A DNA stretch of 64,000 nt from Negativicutes bacterium (GCA_963665275.2 CAXXIN010000013.1:96001-160000); one strand, 5' to 3'. Numbered from the stretch's first letter, positions 29,373-40,376 are shown. Numbers and translations are program-made. The notes: generated by a model not told the origin, from the letters alone.

Positions 29373-31382
29373 TCACTTAAACAAGGTTTTCTTGGAAGAA
29401 TCTATTTGTCCGGGGTCCCGCTTGACTTTTCGAGGCGGGAACATTCTGCGGAATAGGATAAATATTATCATACCAAGCAACAGTCCCACCGCAATCAATA
29501 TCAAAACCTTGTATTGTTCCCAAATCGCAGCAATCGAGAAACCTTTTTCGTTCGATTTTTGCGCTTTGGCGTTCTTGTCGGAAACATCAAAAGAATAAAG
29601 CTTTGTGGGTTGTTGATACACCAGCACATTCCCGATCAGTCCCGCAGCATTTTTCGGCTGACTGATATGCCGAAAGGCTTCAATCAGTAGGGCGCCATCC
29701 ATATTCGCCGAAAATATAACCAGCGGTGCGCCCTTATTTTCTCCGACTCTGCCCACAACGGTATTCACATTGGCCTGCTGCTCAAACAAATTAATCGTTG
29801 TGCCTTTGCGATAAACATTGAAGTCCGCGCCGATGGAAGCAGGCATCTTCTCCTGAAGCGCCGCAGGAATGTTGCCGGCGAGCCCCGCAACGAGAACAAC
29901 GCCGTTTGCAGGAGCTTCGTTCTGTTGATGCAAGGGCAGATAATTGGGGAAAGCCGCGATTCCTGTTGGCAGCTGGCGATTCAGGAAATAAGCGATTTCG
30001 CCCGCAAGTTTCAGTGTGTCGAGTCCCAGTGTCTCATCAAGCAAAACAGTTGCCGGCCGCCCCAAAAACAACCCGATATTCGACCAATCAAACCGCTCAA
30101 AGCGATACTGCCCCGATCCCCACACGTAACTGCTCGGAAGAATTTGCGCGACTTGAAATTTCCCCTTTATTTTGCACTGGTTCGGATCTTCCGGATAATT
30201 GAACAGGATTTTCAACGTGTTGCTCGACCGTAATTCAACAGGTTCCTGCAACACGATATCCTTTTTAAATTGCCCGGTCCGATCCAGCACAGAACTGTGA
30301 ACCAAATTGTTGTTCAGAAACACATCCATCCGGACGGGGCGCCCAGTATCAACGGGCAAGGTATGCGAGCCTTCCAGATGAAAGCCCAAGCGTTCAGGTA
30401 TTTTATCCAGCAAAATCGGAAACAGTCGAAACTCAGAGGGAACACTGAAAAGTCCTTCCTGAAGATTGTTGTCGCCGAAAGCGATAGCTTCCGTAACTGA
30501 ACCGGAAGGCGTTTCAATGGGTGGTATCGCAATTCGTTTCTCCGCCTGCATATGCAAGGAACTCTTGGGAAGGTCCAGCAGTTGTTGAACAAAAGCTTTA
30601 AGACTTGGCACATCAGCGGCGGAAATCAATAATGTATTGGGATCCTTCAATGTAACGCCGGGAGCAGCGCCCTTAAAATACTTGGGCAATTTGGAGTCAA
30701 GTCCGATCCATATTCGGGGAACCGGCGGCAATTTGGCAAGTTCAGCAGCTCGTACGAGTCGAATTTTCAAATGGGGCTGCCCTTTTTTCAGTGCGCCATA
30801 CAGCCAGGCGCCTGGGACATACTCGGCCATCGTCGCATCATCCGGGACCACAACAAGCAGGTCCTGTTGAAAACTACCCAGAAAATCCGCCACCGTGCGA
30901 ACTGGCAACATGTCATAGGTCAGATTCAAAGAAGTAGTTCCGTGTACGATAAAAAACAGCCCGCCCGATTGAGAATCCCGGCACAGATCATCGGTGATGA
31001 ACATGCCGGACTTAATCTGAAGCTGTGCGAAATCCCGCGCAATCCCATCGACCGGCAGTTGCAAAGAAAAAGACTTTTGTTGACGAAGCTCTCTGGCTGT
31101 ACGCGTCGATACAAGCTTATTATTGTAATGGAAGAAAAAAACCGTTTCGTCACTTAATTGGGAACTGGGCGTAACCGCCACCGTTGCCGTGGCGGACTGG
31201 ATCTTTGCCAGGCGCGGTATTGGGAAGTCAAGAAAAATGGAAGAAGCGGGGGCTTTCACTTGCACGGCGCTTTCAATTCCAACAGCCTCGAGTCCGATTG
31301 AACGGCTCAGCGCATCAACGGGCATTGTTCCACAAAAAATGAAAATCAATCCGGTAAGCAAGGCTCCAATAATCTTAATAAT
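29373..31382 (-). CDS. BcsB-like membrane-anchored periplasmic protein
   Basis: Signal peptide, alternating beta-sandwich/alpha-beta segments, two conserved Cys (DDLCRD, PNQC), C-terminal TM. Start uncertain: ATT at 31382 has the only good SD; the ORF track starts at 31472. Confidence 0.75.
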   Translation of the reverse strand: MIKIIGALLTGLIFIFCGTMPVDALSRSIGLEAVGIESAVQVKAPASSIFLDFPIPRLAKIQSATATVAVTPSSQLSDETVFFFHYNNKLVSTRTARELRQQKSFSLQLPVDGIARDFAQLQIKSGMFITDDLCRDSQSGGLFFIVHGTTSLNLTYDMLPVRTVADFLGSFQQDLLVVVPDDATMAEYVPGAWLYGALKKGQPHLKIRLVRAAELAKLPPVPRIWIGLDSKLPKYFKGAAPGVTLKDPNTLLISAADVPSLKAFVQQLLDLPKSSLHMQAEKRIAIPPIETPSGSVTEAIAFGDNNLQEGLFSVPSEFRLFPILLDKIPERLGFHLEGSHTLPVDTGRPVRMDVFLNNNLVHSSVLDRTGQFKKDIVLQEPVELRSSNTLKILFNYPEDPNQCKIKGKFQVAQILPSSYVWGSGQYRFERFDWSNIGLFLGRPATVLLDETLGLDTLKLAGEIAYFLNRQLPTGIAAFPNYLPLHQQNEAPANGVVLVAGLAGNIPAALQEKMPASIGADFNVYRKGTTINLFEQQANVNTVVGRVGENKGAPLVIFSANMDGALLIEAFRHISQPKNAAGLIGNVLVYQQPTKLYSFDVSDKNAKAQKSNEKGFSIAAIWEQYKVLILIAVGLLLGMIIFILFRRMFPPRKVKRDPGQIDSSKKTLFK

Positions 31383-31550
31383 TCCGGACCCTCCCATCGG
31401 CGATAGAGGCCAAGTGCTAAAATTCTGAAGAAAGCAGACGGCATCGTCATCTGCTTTCTTCAATTCGCGCATAACTTAAGAAGCGACCAGCTTGTCCCTT
31501 TTATTATAGGGGACCGAAAGTTCAAAACCAATTATCCTAAAGTATAGTTC

Positions 31551-33977
31551 TCAAAAAATAACTGGTTTTACCTGCCAAATCCCGACTGCATACTCCCAGA
31601 TTGTATTATCGCTGGAAAACTCACCGGAATGGGCGATATTATGGATGCACATCTGACGCCACCGGGCTTTATCCTTGTATAGACGGTCGATCTGTTCCTG
31701 CGCAATGGCATAATCGCCGAAATCTTCCAGTAGGAAAAACTCGTCGTTGTGTTGCAGCAGCCCGTCATACAATCCCAGAAACTCTTCCCGTCCGGCAGGC
31801 AACTCACCACTCACCAGTTGGTCCACCACCACCTTCAGTCGCGGATTGGCTTCATAAACAGCGCGCGAATTATACCCTCCCCTCTTGTGGAAGTCCATGA
31901 CCTCGTCGGGAGTCAGGCCAAAAGCGACGAAATTCTCCGTCCCCACCTCGCTGCGAATCTCGATGTTGGCGCCGTCATGGGTTCCGATCGTAACGGCCCC
32001 GTTCATCATGAATTTCATATTGCCTGTACCGGAAGCTTCCTTGGATGCCGTCGAGATCTGTTCGCTCACATCGGCGGCAGGCACGATGATTTCCGCCAGG
32101 GAAACCCGGTAATTCTCAAGGAAAACGACTTTGAGCTTCTCGCGCAACACTGGGTCGGCATCTACCATCTCCGCCACCGTGTTGATCAGCTTGATGGTGC
32201 GTTTGGCCGCGTAGTATCCAGGTGCGGCCTTGCCAGCGAAGATGAAGGTCCGCGGAGTGATGTCCAGCGAGGGGTTTTCTCGCAGCCGGTTGGCGAGATC
32301 CATGATATGCAGGACGTTCAGCACCTGTCGCTTATAGTTGTGAATCCGTTTGACCTGGCAGTCGAAGATCGAATGCGGGTTGATGGTCTGCCCCATTGTC
32401 TTCTTGATATAATCAGCCAGTCGCTCTTTGTTGGCCAGCTTTACCAGCGCCACCTTTTCGGCGAAAACCGGATCCACCGCACAGCTTTTCAGACGCAACA
32501 GATCCGTGGCATGCGCCATCCAGCTCTTGCCAATCGCTTCGGAAATGAGGTTGGACAGGTCCGGGTTCGCTTTCATCAGCCAGCGACGGTGCGTAATTCC
32601 ATTCGTTTTGTTGTTGAATTTGCTGGGAGAGTACTCATAAAAGCGTTTCAGCACTGATTTCTTCAAGATCTCCGTATGAATCTTGGCCACGCCGTTGACG
32701 CTGTAGCTGCCCACCACCGCCAGGTTGGCCATGTGGACGAAGCCATCGGCGATAATGGACATTTCGCGGATGCGGTCCCACTCGTTCGGATACCTGTTCC
32801 ACAGTTCATGACACCAGCGCTCATTGATCTCGTAAACGATCATGTGGATCCGCGGCAGCAATTCCTTGAACACATCGATGGGCCATTTTTCGAACGCTTC
32901 CGGCATCACGGTATGATTGGTGTAGGAAATGGTATTGGTCGTAATGACCCACGCATCGTCCCAGGTCATGCCCTCTTCGTCGATGAGGATACGCATGAGC
33001 TCGGGTACGAGAACGACCGGATGCGTGTCATTGATGTGAAGGGCAATTTTTTCATGAAAATCGACGAGCGTACCATGCCGCTTCTTATACCGCCGCACTA
33101 TGCTCTGCAGACCTGCCGACGCCATGAAATACTGTTGCTTGAGGCGCAGCACCCGACCCTCATAGCGAGAATCGTCCGGATAGAGAATTTCGGAGATGGA
33201 TTCGACGGAGCGGCGGTATTCCATAACCTGGACGTAATCGCTGTTGGAATATGGGCCTTCGTCCGTGTCAAGAGGCATCACCTCCGCGCTCCAGAGCCGC
33301 AGCGTATTCACCGTATTATTGTGGTATCCGGCGACCGGCATGTCATAGGGGACCGCCAGCACCGGCTGATAGCCCTCATGATGGAATAATCTTATCCCGC
33401 CGACATCCTCTTCCCGAATATGCCCGCCGAACCTCACGGTGACCGCCTTATCCGGCCGTCGGAACTCCCAGACGTTGCCATCTTTCAACCAGGGATCCGG
33501 CAGCTCCGCCTGATATCCGTCCACGATTTTCTGCTTGAACATGCCGTACCGGTAGCGGATGCCGCAACCATGCCCCGGAATATTCAATGAAGCCATGGAG
33601 TCCATGAAACAGGAAGCGAGCCGCCCCAATCCGCCACTGCCAAGCCCGGCCTCCGGCTCCTGATCCGTCAAGTCCTCCAGATTGATCCCCAGATCGCCGA
33701 GCCCGTCACGACAAGCCTGAAGCATATCGGTATTCATGAGGTTGGCCAACAGGATACGCCCTTGGAGGTACTCGATCGAAAAATAATATATCTGCTTGAC
33801 GTCCCGTTCCATGTATTCCCGATTCGTCCGGGCCCACAGTCGGGCAATGACATCACGAACCAGGCCGGCGAGCGCCTCATACCGCTCACGGTTGGAGCCT
33901 TCCTCAACGCCTTTCCCATGAAGGCTTTGAAATTTTTCCAGATAGGCTTTGGTAAAATGGGCTTTACTTTGAAACAT
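31551..33977 (-). CDS. glgP: Glycogen phosphorylase
   Basis: GGLGRLASCF, INDTHP, YTNHT, QVKRIH, EASGTGNMKFMMNG. Confidence 0.97.
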   Translation of the reverse strand: MFQSKAHFTKAYLEKFQSLHGKGVEEGSNRERYEALAGLVRDVIARLWARTNREYMERDVKQIYYFSIEYLQGRILLANLMNTDMLQACRDGLGDLGINLEDLTDQEPEAGLGSGGLGRLASCFMDSMASLNIPGHGCGIRYRYGMFKQKIVDGYQAELPDPWLKDGNVWEFRRPDKAVTVRFGGHIREEDVGGIRLFHHEGYQPVLAVPYDMPVAGYHNNTVNTLRLWSAEVMPLDTDEGPYSNSDYVQVMEYRRSVESISEILYPDDSRYEGRVLRLKQQYFMASAGLQSIVRRYKKRHGTLVDFHEKIALHINDTHPVVLVPELMRILIDEEGMTWDDAWVITTNTISYTNHTVMPEAFEKWPIDVFKELLPRIHMIVYEINERWCHELWNRYPNEWDRIREMSIIADGFVHMANLAVVGSYSVNGVAKIHTEILKKSVLKRFYEYSPSKFNNKTNGITHRRWLMKANPDLSNLISEAIGKSWMAHATDLLRLKSCAVDPVFAEKVALVKLANKERLADYIKKTMGQTINPHSIFDCQVKRIHNYKRQVLNVLHIMDLANRLRENPSLDITPRTFIFAGKAAPGYYAAKRTIKLINTVAEMVDADPVLREKLKVVFLENYRVSLAEIIVPAADVSEQISTASKEASGTGNMKFMMNGAVTIGTHDGANIEIRSEVGTENFVAFGLTPDEVMDFHKRGGYNSRAVYEANPRLKVVVDQLVSGELPAGREEFLGLYDGLLQHNDEFFLLEDFGDYAIAQEQIDRLYKDKARWRQMCIHNIAHSGEFSSDNTIWEYAVGIWQVKPVIF

Positions 33978-35418
33978 GGAAATCAGCCTCCATCACTTTT
34001 CGATACAGCTCCACATATTCCTTCGCCGAAGTCTTCCAGGAGTGTTCTGCCTTCATGGCCATCTTCATCAAAACAGTCCAGCGTTTTTTGTCCCGGTAGG
34101 TAGCGCAGGCCAGGCGTATCACATGCAGCATGTCGTGCGCGTTGTAGTTTGCGAATGTGAACCCGGTGCCTTCATTGGTTTCCGGGTTGAAGCTCTCCAC
34201 AGTGTCTTTCAGGCCCCCTGCTTCCCTGACTAGCGGGATACAACCGTACCGCATGGCGATGAGCTGACCGACACCGCAGGGTTCCTTCATCGACGGCATG
34301 AGAAGCAAATCCGCTCCTGCGTATATGCGCCGGGCCAGTGTATCATCATACCCGATCCGAACCGCGACTCGGCCAGGATAACGTTTGGAAGCTTCCCTGA
34401 ACATAGCTTCGTATTGGTGCTCGCCGCTACCCAGCACAACCAGTTGCGCCCCTTCCGCCATGATTTCATCCATGACGTGATGAACCAGATCGTACCCTTT
34501 GGCCTTGACCAGGCGGGCAACTATCCCCAACAGCGGCGCCTCCGGATTCTGTTCCAGACCCATGACTTCCTGCAGACGGGCTTTATTTTCGACTTTTCCC
34601 TTGAAGCTGCGGGCCGAGTAGGGAGCAAACAGTGCTTTATCCTTGAGGGGATTGTACTCATCAGAATCTATGCCATTGACAATCCCAACCAGGTGATCGC
34701 TACGACGTTTCAGGATGCCGTCCAGCCTCTCACCCCAGTAACGGGTCTGGATCTCCTGCGCATAACTCGGGCTGACCGTGCTGATGTAATCCGCGAACTC
34801 CAACCCTCCTTTAAGAAAATTCACCATGCCGTAAAATTCGAGCGCAGCGGTCGCAGCGGGTTCATTCTCCAAATTGAATATATCGCCCAGGATGCTGTGC
34901 GGGAAAATCCCCTGATATTCCAGATTGTGAATCGTGCAGATCGTCTTGATGGTCGCGCACCAGGGCGCCCGGCAATAATGAGCCCGCAACAGTACCGGAA
35001 TCATCCCGGCGTGCCAGTCATGACAATGGATGATATCCGGCACCCAGTCAAGGCGGGGAATCACATCAAGTACGGCTTTGCTGAAGAACCCGAAGCGTTC
35101 CGCTTCATCGTAGAAATTGTACAGGCCCTTGCGACGGAAATAGTACTCGTTGTCGACAAAATAAATGGTCACGCCTTCATGTTGCATCTCGAACAAGCCG
35201 CAATACTGGCGTCTCCAGCCGAGCTGAACCGTCTCGCTGGTCACCGGTCGCATTTGGCTGCGAAATTTTTCTGAAATATCGCCATATAGCGGGACAATGA
35301 TTCTGGCGTCCACCTTCGCTTTTACCAGGGCGCGGGGCAAGGTTCCCACCACGTCGGCCAGACCGCCGGTTTTGGCAAACGGCGCCGCCTCCGCGGCAGC
35401 AAACAATACTTTCAACAT
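33964..35418 (-). CDS. glgA: Glycogen synthase
   Basis: KTGGLADV, HCHDWH, TIHNL, EPCGVGQ. Confidence 0.97.
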   Translation of the reverse strand: MLKVLFAAAEAAPFAKTGGLADVVGTLPRALVKAKVDARIIVPLYGDISEKFRSQMRPVTSETVQLGWRRQYCGLFEMQHEGVTIYFVDNEYYFRRKGLYNFYDEAERFGFFSKAVLDVIPRLDWVPDIIHCHDWHAGMIPVLLRAHYCRAPWCATIKTICTIHNLEYQGIFPHSILGDIFNLENEPAATAALEFYGMVNFLKGGLEFADYISTVSPSYAQEIQTRYWGERLDGILKRRSDHLVGIVNGIDSDEYNPLKDKALFAPYSARSFKGKVENKARLQEVMGLEQNPEAPLLGIVARLVKAKGYDLVHHVMDEIMAEGAQLVVLGSGEHQYEAMFREASKRYPGRVAVRIGYDDTLARRIYAGADLLLMPSMKEPCGVGQLIAMRYGCIPLVREAGGLKDTVESFNPETNEGTGFTFANYNAHDMLHVIRLACATYRDKKRWTVLMKMAMKAEHSWKTSAKEYVELYRKVMEADFHVSK

Positions 35419-35419
35419 A

Positions 35420-36520
35420 TCAAATCACTGATCCTTTCTCTACTATAAATGGCCTTGCCGCAGAACCGTTCAGGCAGCGACCGGCTGTAATTTGCGAGTC
35501 TTTATCACATAAAACGTTGGTCAGGCGGGCATCGGACCCGACGCGTGTATTTTGAGTCAGGATGGAGTTGCGCACAACCGCTCCTTTTTCAATGATAACC
35601 GACCGAAACAGGATGCTGTTCTCCACTGTTCCTTCGACGATGCAGCCGTTCGCGACCAGCGAGTTCTTCACGCGGGCCTGTGCGAGGTACTTGGCAGGCG
35701 CCTCATCCTTGACCTTGGTGAAAATGTTTCCGTACCGGAAGAACAGTTCCTGCCATACGCGCGGATTGAGCAGTTCCATCTGATGCTGATAATAGCTGGC
35801 GACAGAATCAATTCTGGCAACATAGCCGCTATGACGAAATACGCATATTTTCAACCTGTCGATATTCTTCAGCACCCCGTCCGCAAAAAGATCGCAGCCG
35901 CCTTTCGCCGCACATTCGCGGACCAGTTCGGCCATCAGGCTCTTGGACAGGATATAGAATCCCAGTGGCTGGACGTCATAGGGCAGAGATTCGGTGGGAT
36001 CGCAAATGGAGGTCACCTGGCCGTTGTCATCGAGCGAGAGACAAGGTCCGCTCCCGTCATCCGGCCAGTCCCGGCCGATGATGGTAACATCAGCCCCCAC
36101 CGCCAGATGATACTGAAAAGCCTGCTCGATCGGCAAGTTGCACACCGCCTGGCTGCCGCAAATCACAACGAAGTCTTCGGTCGCCGCGAAAATATAGTCC
36201 AGATTGAACAAAAAATTCTCCACGTCACTCTGGCATTGCGTATTATCGGTAACTCCCGGCGGCAGAATATAGAGGCCGTCCCTTTTGCGGGCCAGGTCCC
36301 ATTCCTTGCCTGACCGCAAATGATCGATCAGGGACCGGTACTTGTCGCGCACCAGGACGCCGACGGTCCTCACCCCGGCATTGACCAGATTCGACAACGC
36401 AAAATCAATGAGTCGGTAACGACCCGCCGTAGGAACAGCAGCCAGCGGGCGATTCTTCGTCAAGGCGCCCATGCCGGATTCATCTTCATAGAGGTTGATC
36501 AGCCCAAGCATGTTTTTCAT
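35420..36520 (-). CDS. glgD: Glucose-1-phosphate adenylyltransferase subunit GlgD
   Basis: [33 protein letters not shown]. Confidence 0.95.
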   Translation of the reverse strand: MKNMLGLINLYEDESGMGALTKNRPLAAVPTAGRYRLIDFALSNLVNAGVRTVGVLVRDKYRSLIDHLRSGKEWDLARKRDGLYILPPGVTDNTQCQSDVENFLFNLDYIFAATEDFVVICGSQAVCNLPIEQAFQYHLAVGADVTIIGRDWPDDGSGPCLSLDDNGQVTSICDPTESLPYDVQPLGFYILSKSLMAELVRECAAKGGCDLFADGVLKNIDRLKICVFRHSGYVARIDSVASYYQHQMELLNPRVWQELFFRYGNIFTKVKDEAPAKYLAQARVKNSLVANGCIVEGTVENSILFRSVIIEKGAVVRNSILTQNTRVGSDARLTNVLCDKDSQITAGRCLNGSAARPFIVEKGSVI

Positions 36521-37659
36521 GAGCGTGCTCCTTTCCGGGCTCGGAGTTTCTCAACAAGGAGCGTTACCGACCCGTCGCCGCCAATCCGGGCATTTTCCGC
36601 GACTACGGTATCCGGTCCGATGATGGCTCGACGAATCACAGCATTAGGAGACACGGTAACTCCCGGCATCAGCACCGAATCCGTTATCTGGGCTCCCAGC
36701 CCCACGATGACATTGGGGAACAAGACGCATCGTTTCACCTGTCCGAAGATTTGACAACCTTCGCTGATCATGGATTCGGTGATCTGGGACTGCGGTGCAG
36801 CATAGTGGGGGGGCCTGACGGGATTCACCGAATAGATCCGCCAGTCGGGATCGTGCAGATCCAGTTGGGGGCGGTCCGCCAACAAATCCATGTTCGCTTC
36901 CCACAAGCTTTCCACGGTGCCAACATCCCGCCAATAACCTTTGAATCGGTAAGCAAAAAGACTTTGGCCGGCCTCCAGCATCTTGGGGAGGATATTGCGG
37001 CCGAAATCATGCGCTGAATCAGTTTTTTTCGCATCAGCTTCCAGATACTGCTTCAGAAACTGCCAGCGGAAAATGTATACGCCCATGGATGCCAGGTTGT
37101 TTTTGGCCTTGACCGGTTTTTCATCGAATTCGATGACCCGGTCGTCCGCATCGGTATTGATGATCCCGAAGCGTCGGGTATCTTCCCACGGCACCTCGAT
37201 GACAGCCAGGGTCGCATCCGCTTCCTTGGCCTCATGGTATTCCAGCATCAGATTATAGTCCATTTTGTAAATGTGGTCGCCGGATAGAACCACGATCCAT
37301 ACCGGGTCGAACAGGTCGATGAAGTCGATGTTCTGGCAGATGGCGTCCGCCGTACCCTTGTACCATTCTCCGCCGGCGTCATGCGTGTAGGGCGGCAGGA
37401 CAAACACGCCCCCGCCCTTACGGTCGAGGTCCCAGGGACTGCCGATGCCCACGTAGTTGTGGAGAAAAAAAGGCTGGTACTGAGTAAGGATTCCCACAGT
37501 ATCAATCCCGGAATTGCTGCAGTTGGAAAGCGGGAAATCGATAATCCGATATTTGCCGCCGAAAGGCACCGCCGGCTTGGCGAGGTTCTTCGTTAGAGCC
37601 CCCAGACGGGTCCCCTGCCCACCAGCCAGAATCATCGCGATGATCTTTTTCTTTTGCAT
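36517..37659 (-). CDS. glgC: Glucose-1-phosphate adenylyltransferase
   Basis: [49 protein letters not shown]. Confidence 0.97.
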   Translation of the reverse strand: MQKKKIIAMILAGGQGTRLGALTKNLAKPAVPFGGKYRIIDFPLSNCSNSGIDTVGILTQYQPFFLHNYVGIGSPWDLDRKGGGVFVLPPYTHDAGGEWYKGTADAICQNIDFIDLFDPVWIVVLSGDHIYKMDYNLMLEYHEAKEADATLAVIEVPWEDTRRFGIINTDADDRVIEFDEKPVKAKNNLASMGVYIFRWQFLKQYLEADAKKTDSAHDFGRNILPKMLEAGQSLFAYRFKGYWRDVGTVESLWEANMDLLADRPQLDLHDPDWRIYSVNPVRPPHYAAPQSQITESMISEGCQIFGQVKRCVLFPNVIVGLGAQITDSVLMPGVTVSPNAVIRRAIIGPDTVVAENARIGGDGSVTLLVEKLRARKGARS

Positions 37660-37692
37660 GCTGCCTCCCTTCCGACTTGAAAGCCGGAGCGC

Positions 37693-39579
37693 TTATGCTT
37701 TTTTGAAACAGACGAATCCGAGCGGCGGAACCTGAACGGACAAAGAGTGTGGCCATGGACCCCAAGGCTTCCCAGCGACCAGCGGATCGGTATGCAGGCC
37801 GCCAGTCCCGCCGTAACGGGCATCGTCGCTATTGAAAATCTCCCTGTATTCTCCTGTTTCCGGCACACCGATGACATAGCCGTCGCGCCCAATCGGCGTG
37901 AAATTGCATATCACTACCAGGAAGTCGGCCGAATCTTTGGCGTAGCGGATGAAGCTCACGATGCTCTCGTTCCGGTCATCGGGATTGATCCAGCGGAACC
38001 CGCAGCGTTTATGGTCCTGTTCCCACAGGCTGGGTTCCGCCAGATAAAGATGATTCAGAGCCTTCACGTACTGATGCAGTTTTTCATGCATCTCATAGCC
38101 AAGCAGGTGCCAATCCAGACTTTGGCTTTCATTCCACTCTATGAACTGCCCAAACTCGCCGCCCATGAAAATTAGTTTCTTGCCCGGATGCGCCGCCGTA
38201 AACCCGAGAAATCCCCGTAGTCCGGCGAACTTCTGCCAATAGTCCCCCGGCATCTTGTCGAGGAGCGAATACTTTCCATGGACCACTTCATCATGCGACA
38301 ACGGCAGGATGAAATTCTCCGAGTACATGTACATCATCGCAAACGTCACCAAGTTATGCCGGCCCGCCCTATAGAGCGGATCAGTCCTCACATAGCGGAG
38401 CATGTCGTTCATCCAGCCCATATTCCATTTGTAGTTAAACCCGAGGCCGCCTTCGTTCACCGACCGGGTAACCCCAGTCCAGGTCGTGGACTCCTCGGCG
38501 ATCATCAGTGCGGAGGGATAATGCGCGAAAATCGCGACATTCAGGCTGCGGAGGAAGGCAACCGCCTCCAGATTCTCCCGTCCTCCATGCTTGTTGGGTC
38601 GCCATTGTCCAGGCTTCCGGGCGAAATCCAGATACAGCAGATTGGCCACGGCATCCACCCGCAGGCCGTCCAGATGATAGATGTCAAACCAGAACATTGC
38701 GTTGGAAAGCAGGAAACTACGTACTTCCGGACTCCCCAGATCGAAATTCAGAGTCCCCCACCCCGCGTTGTCGGCACGCACATTATCCCGTGATTCAAAT
38801 AGCGCTTCCCCGTCAAAGCGGGCCAGGCCGTGGTCATCCTTGCAAAAATGTCCCGGCACCCAGTCCAGGATGACACCAATGCCTTTTTCATGGGCTCGGT
38901 TCACGAAATACTGAAATTCTTCCGGCGCGCCGTAGCGGCTTGTAACCGCAAAATAGCCAGTCTGCTGGTAACCCCAGGAAGCGTCGAGCGGATGCTCCGC
39001 CACCGGCAGCAGTTCCAGGTGCGTGTAGCCCATTTCAACCGCGTAATCCACTAATTCATTGGCCAGGTCCTGGTAGGTGAGAAAAGCCCCATCCGCCTTG
39101 CGGCGCCAGGACCCGAGATGCACTTCGTAAATGTTGAGAGGACGCTCGTAGATCAGATTCTCGCGCTGCGCGGCAAACCAGGCCTCATCCGTCCAGGTGA
39201 ACTCTTCGGCGGAGACGATGCGCGACGCAGTATTCGGGCGCAGCTCCGACGCAAAGGCAAACGGGTCAGACTTCACACGGATTTCGCCCGACGGATGCCT
39301 GATCGAATACTTATAGAGAGCACCGGCCGCTGCCCCTGCGATGAAAAGGCTCCATATCCCCGACTCACCGACGCGTTCCATCGAGAAGCCATCGCCGCAC
39401 CATTGGTTGAAATCCCCCTCCACCCAGACATTTTCGGCATGCGGCGCCCACACGGCAAACCGCGTTCCCGCTATGCCGTCCACTTCCATCGGATGAGCTC
39501 CCAGCATAGTGTAGGCTTTAATTTGCGTTCCCTCGTGGAACAGGAACAGGTTGGATTCATCGATCGGCTGAGCGAGCAT
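37693..39579 (-). CDS. glgB: 1,4-alpha-glucan branching enzyme
   Basis: FAVWAPHA, YEVHLGSW, DWVPGHF, RVDAVA, AEEST, LSHDEVVHGK. Confidence 0.97.
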   Translation of the reverse strand: MLAQPIDESNLFLFHEGTQIKAYTMLGAHPMEVDGIAGTRFAVWAPHAENVWVEGDFNQWCGDGFSMERVGESGIWSLFIAGAAAGALYKYSIRHPSGEIRVKSDPFAFASELRPNTASRIVSAEEFTWTDEAWFAAQRENLIYERPLNIYEVHLGSWRRKADGAFLTYQDLANELVDYAVEMGYTHLELLPVAEHPLDASWGYQQTGYFAVTSRYGAPEEFQYFVNRAHEKGIGVILDWVPGHFCKDDHGLARFDGEALFESRDNVRADNAGWGTLNFDLGSPEVRSFLLSNAMFWFDIYHLDGLRVDAVANLLYLDFARKPGQWRPNKHGGRENLEAVAFLRSLNVAIFAHYPSALMIAEESTTWTGVTRSVNEGGLGFNYKWNMGWMNDMLRYVRTDPLYRAGRHNLVTFAMMYMYSENFILPLSHDEVVHGKYSLLDKMPGDYWQKFAGLRGFLGFTAAHPGKKLIFMGGEFGQFIEWNESQSLDWHLLGYEMHEKLHQYVKALNHLYLAEPSLWEQDHKRCGFRWINPDDRNESIVSFIRYAKDSADFLVVICNFTPIGRDGYVIGVPETGEYREIFNSDDARYGGTGGLHTDPLVAGKPWGPWPHSLSVQVPPLGFVCFKKA

Positions 39580-39653
39580 GGTGATTCCTCCCTTTACTAC
39601 AAGAAAACTAATTCTGTCCCACAAAGGCAAAGAAAGTCCGACCGAAGCCGGAC

Positions 39654-40355
39654 TTATTTGGCAGCATTAATTATAACCGGCGCCTTGCTCATGTCCTGAT
39701 AAAAAGGGTTCGTGTTGCTGGCAATACCGACATAGTAATCATTGCCGGATTTCAGCGCAGGGACTTTCCATTCATAGCGGCCTTTGCCGTCGGCGCCCAC
39801 AGGAATCGACGCAACCATCGGCGTCACGCTGCCGTCGTCATTCTTGATCAACGCCAGTTTCACCGTCTGCCCGGGACTGCCGGTATAAGTCCAGTGCACA
39901 GAAACCGTGGCGCCCGTGCTCCAACGTTCGCTCCCCTTGGGCGGTGATTCCAGCGCGATCTGCGTCACCGGTGTCTTGCCAGCGATGAGCGTGAATTCAC
40001 CGCTGGTGTCGCCGATGCCATTTTCCGCCATGACGGTGAGAGTGTACTTTCCACCAGGAGGCAAGTCAGACGGCACGTTCCATTTATAGGCGCCGGACTT
40101 GTTGGTCCCCAGAGGCGCCGCTTCAGACAGCATCAGCTGCGCATTCACCCAGCCCATCCGCTGCAGGCGGATGGAGGCCTTCTCCCCCAGCTCACCCCGG
40201 AACGACCATTTGATGGTGTTCGTCGCTCCCAGCGCCCACTCCGTCGAATCTCCCGGATCGGCAACCCGCAGCGTCATTTCTTTGGGGGCAGCCAACCCGG
40301 GTGTCGTCAGCAGCACGATGGCCGCCAAAGCCATAACCAAAGTCCGTTTCATCAA
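39654..40355 (-). CDS. Secreted protein with two tandem Kre9/Knh1-like (Ser/Thr-rich GPI-anchored family) Ig-like domains
   Basis: Signal peptide; repeated P.G...W..G....(I/V).W ... G.Y.W.VP...G..Y pattern. Confidence 0.6.
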   Translation of the reverse strand: MMKRTLVMALAAIVLLTTPGLAAPKEMTLRVADPGDSTEWALGATNTIKWSFRGELGEKASIRLQRMGWVNAQLMLSEAAPLGTNKSGAYKWNVPSDLPPGGKYTLTVMAENGIGDTSGEFTLIAGKTPVTQIALESPPKGSERWSTGATVSVHWTYTGSPGQTVKLALIKNDDGSVTPMVASIPVGADGKGRYEWKVPALKSGNDYYVGIASNTNPFYQDMSKAPVIINAAK

Positions 40356-40376
40356 GAAACCGCTCCTTTCAAACCG

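Noticed and set aside
31749-39699. Long plus-strand ORFs opposite the glg genes (similar ones opposite the MCP, aas, LacI and ABC genes)
   Set aside because: Antisense open frames expected from codon bias in GC-rich genes; no motifs.
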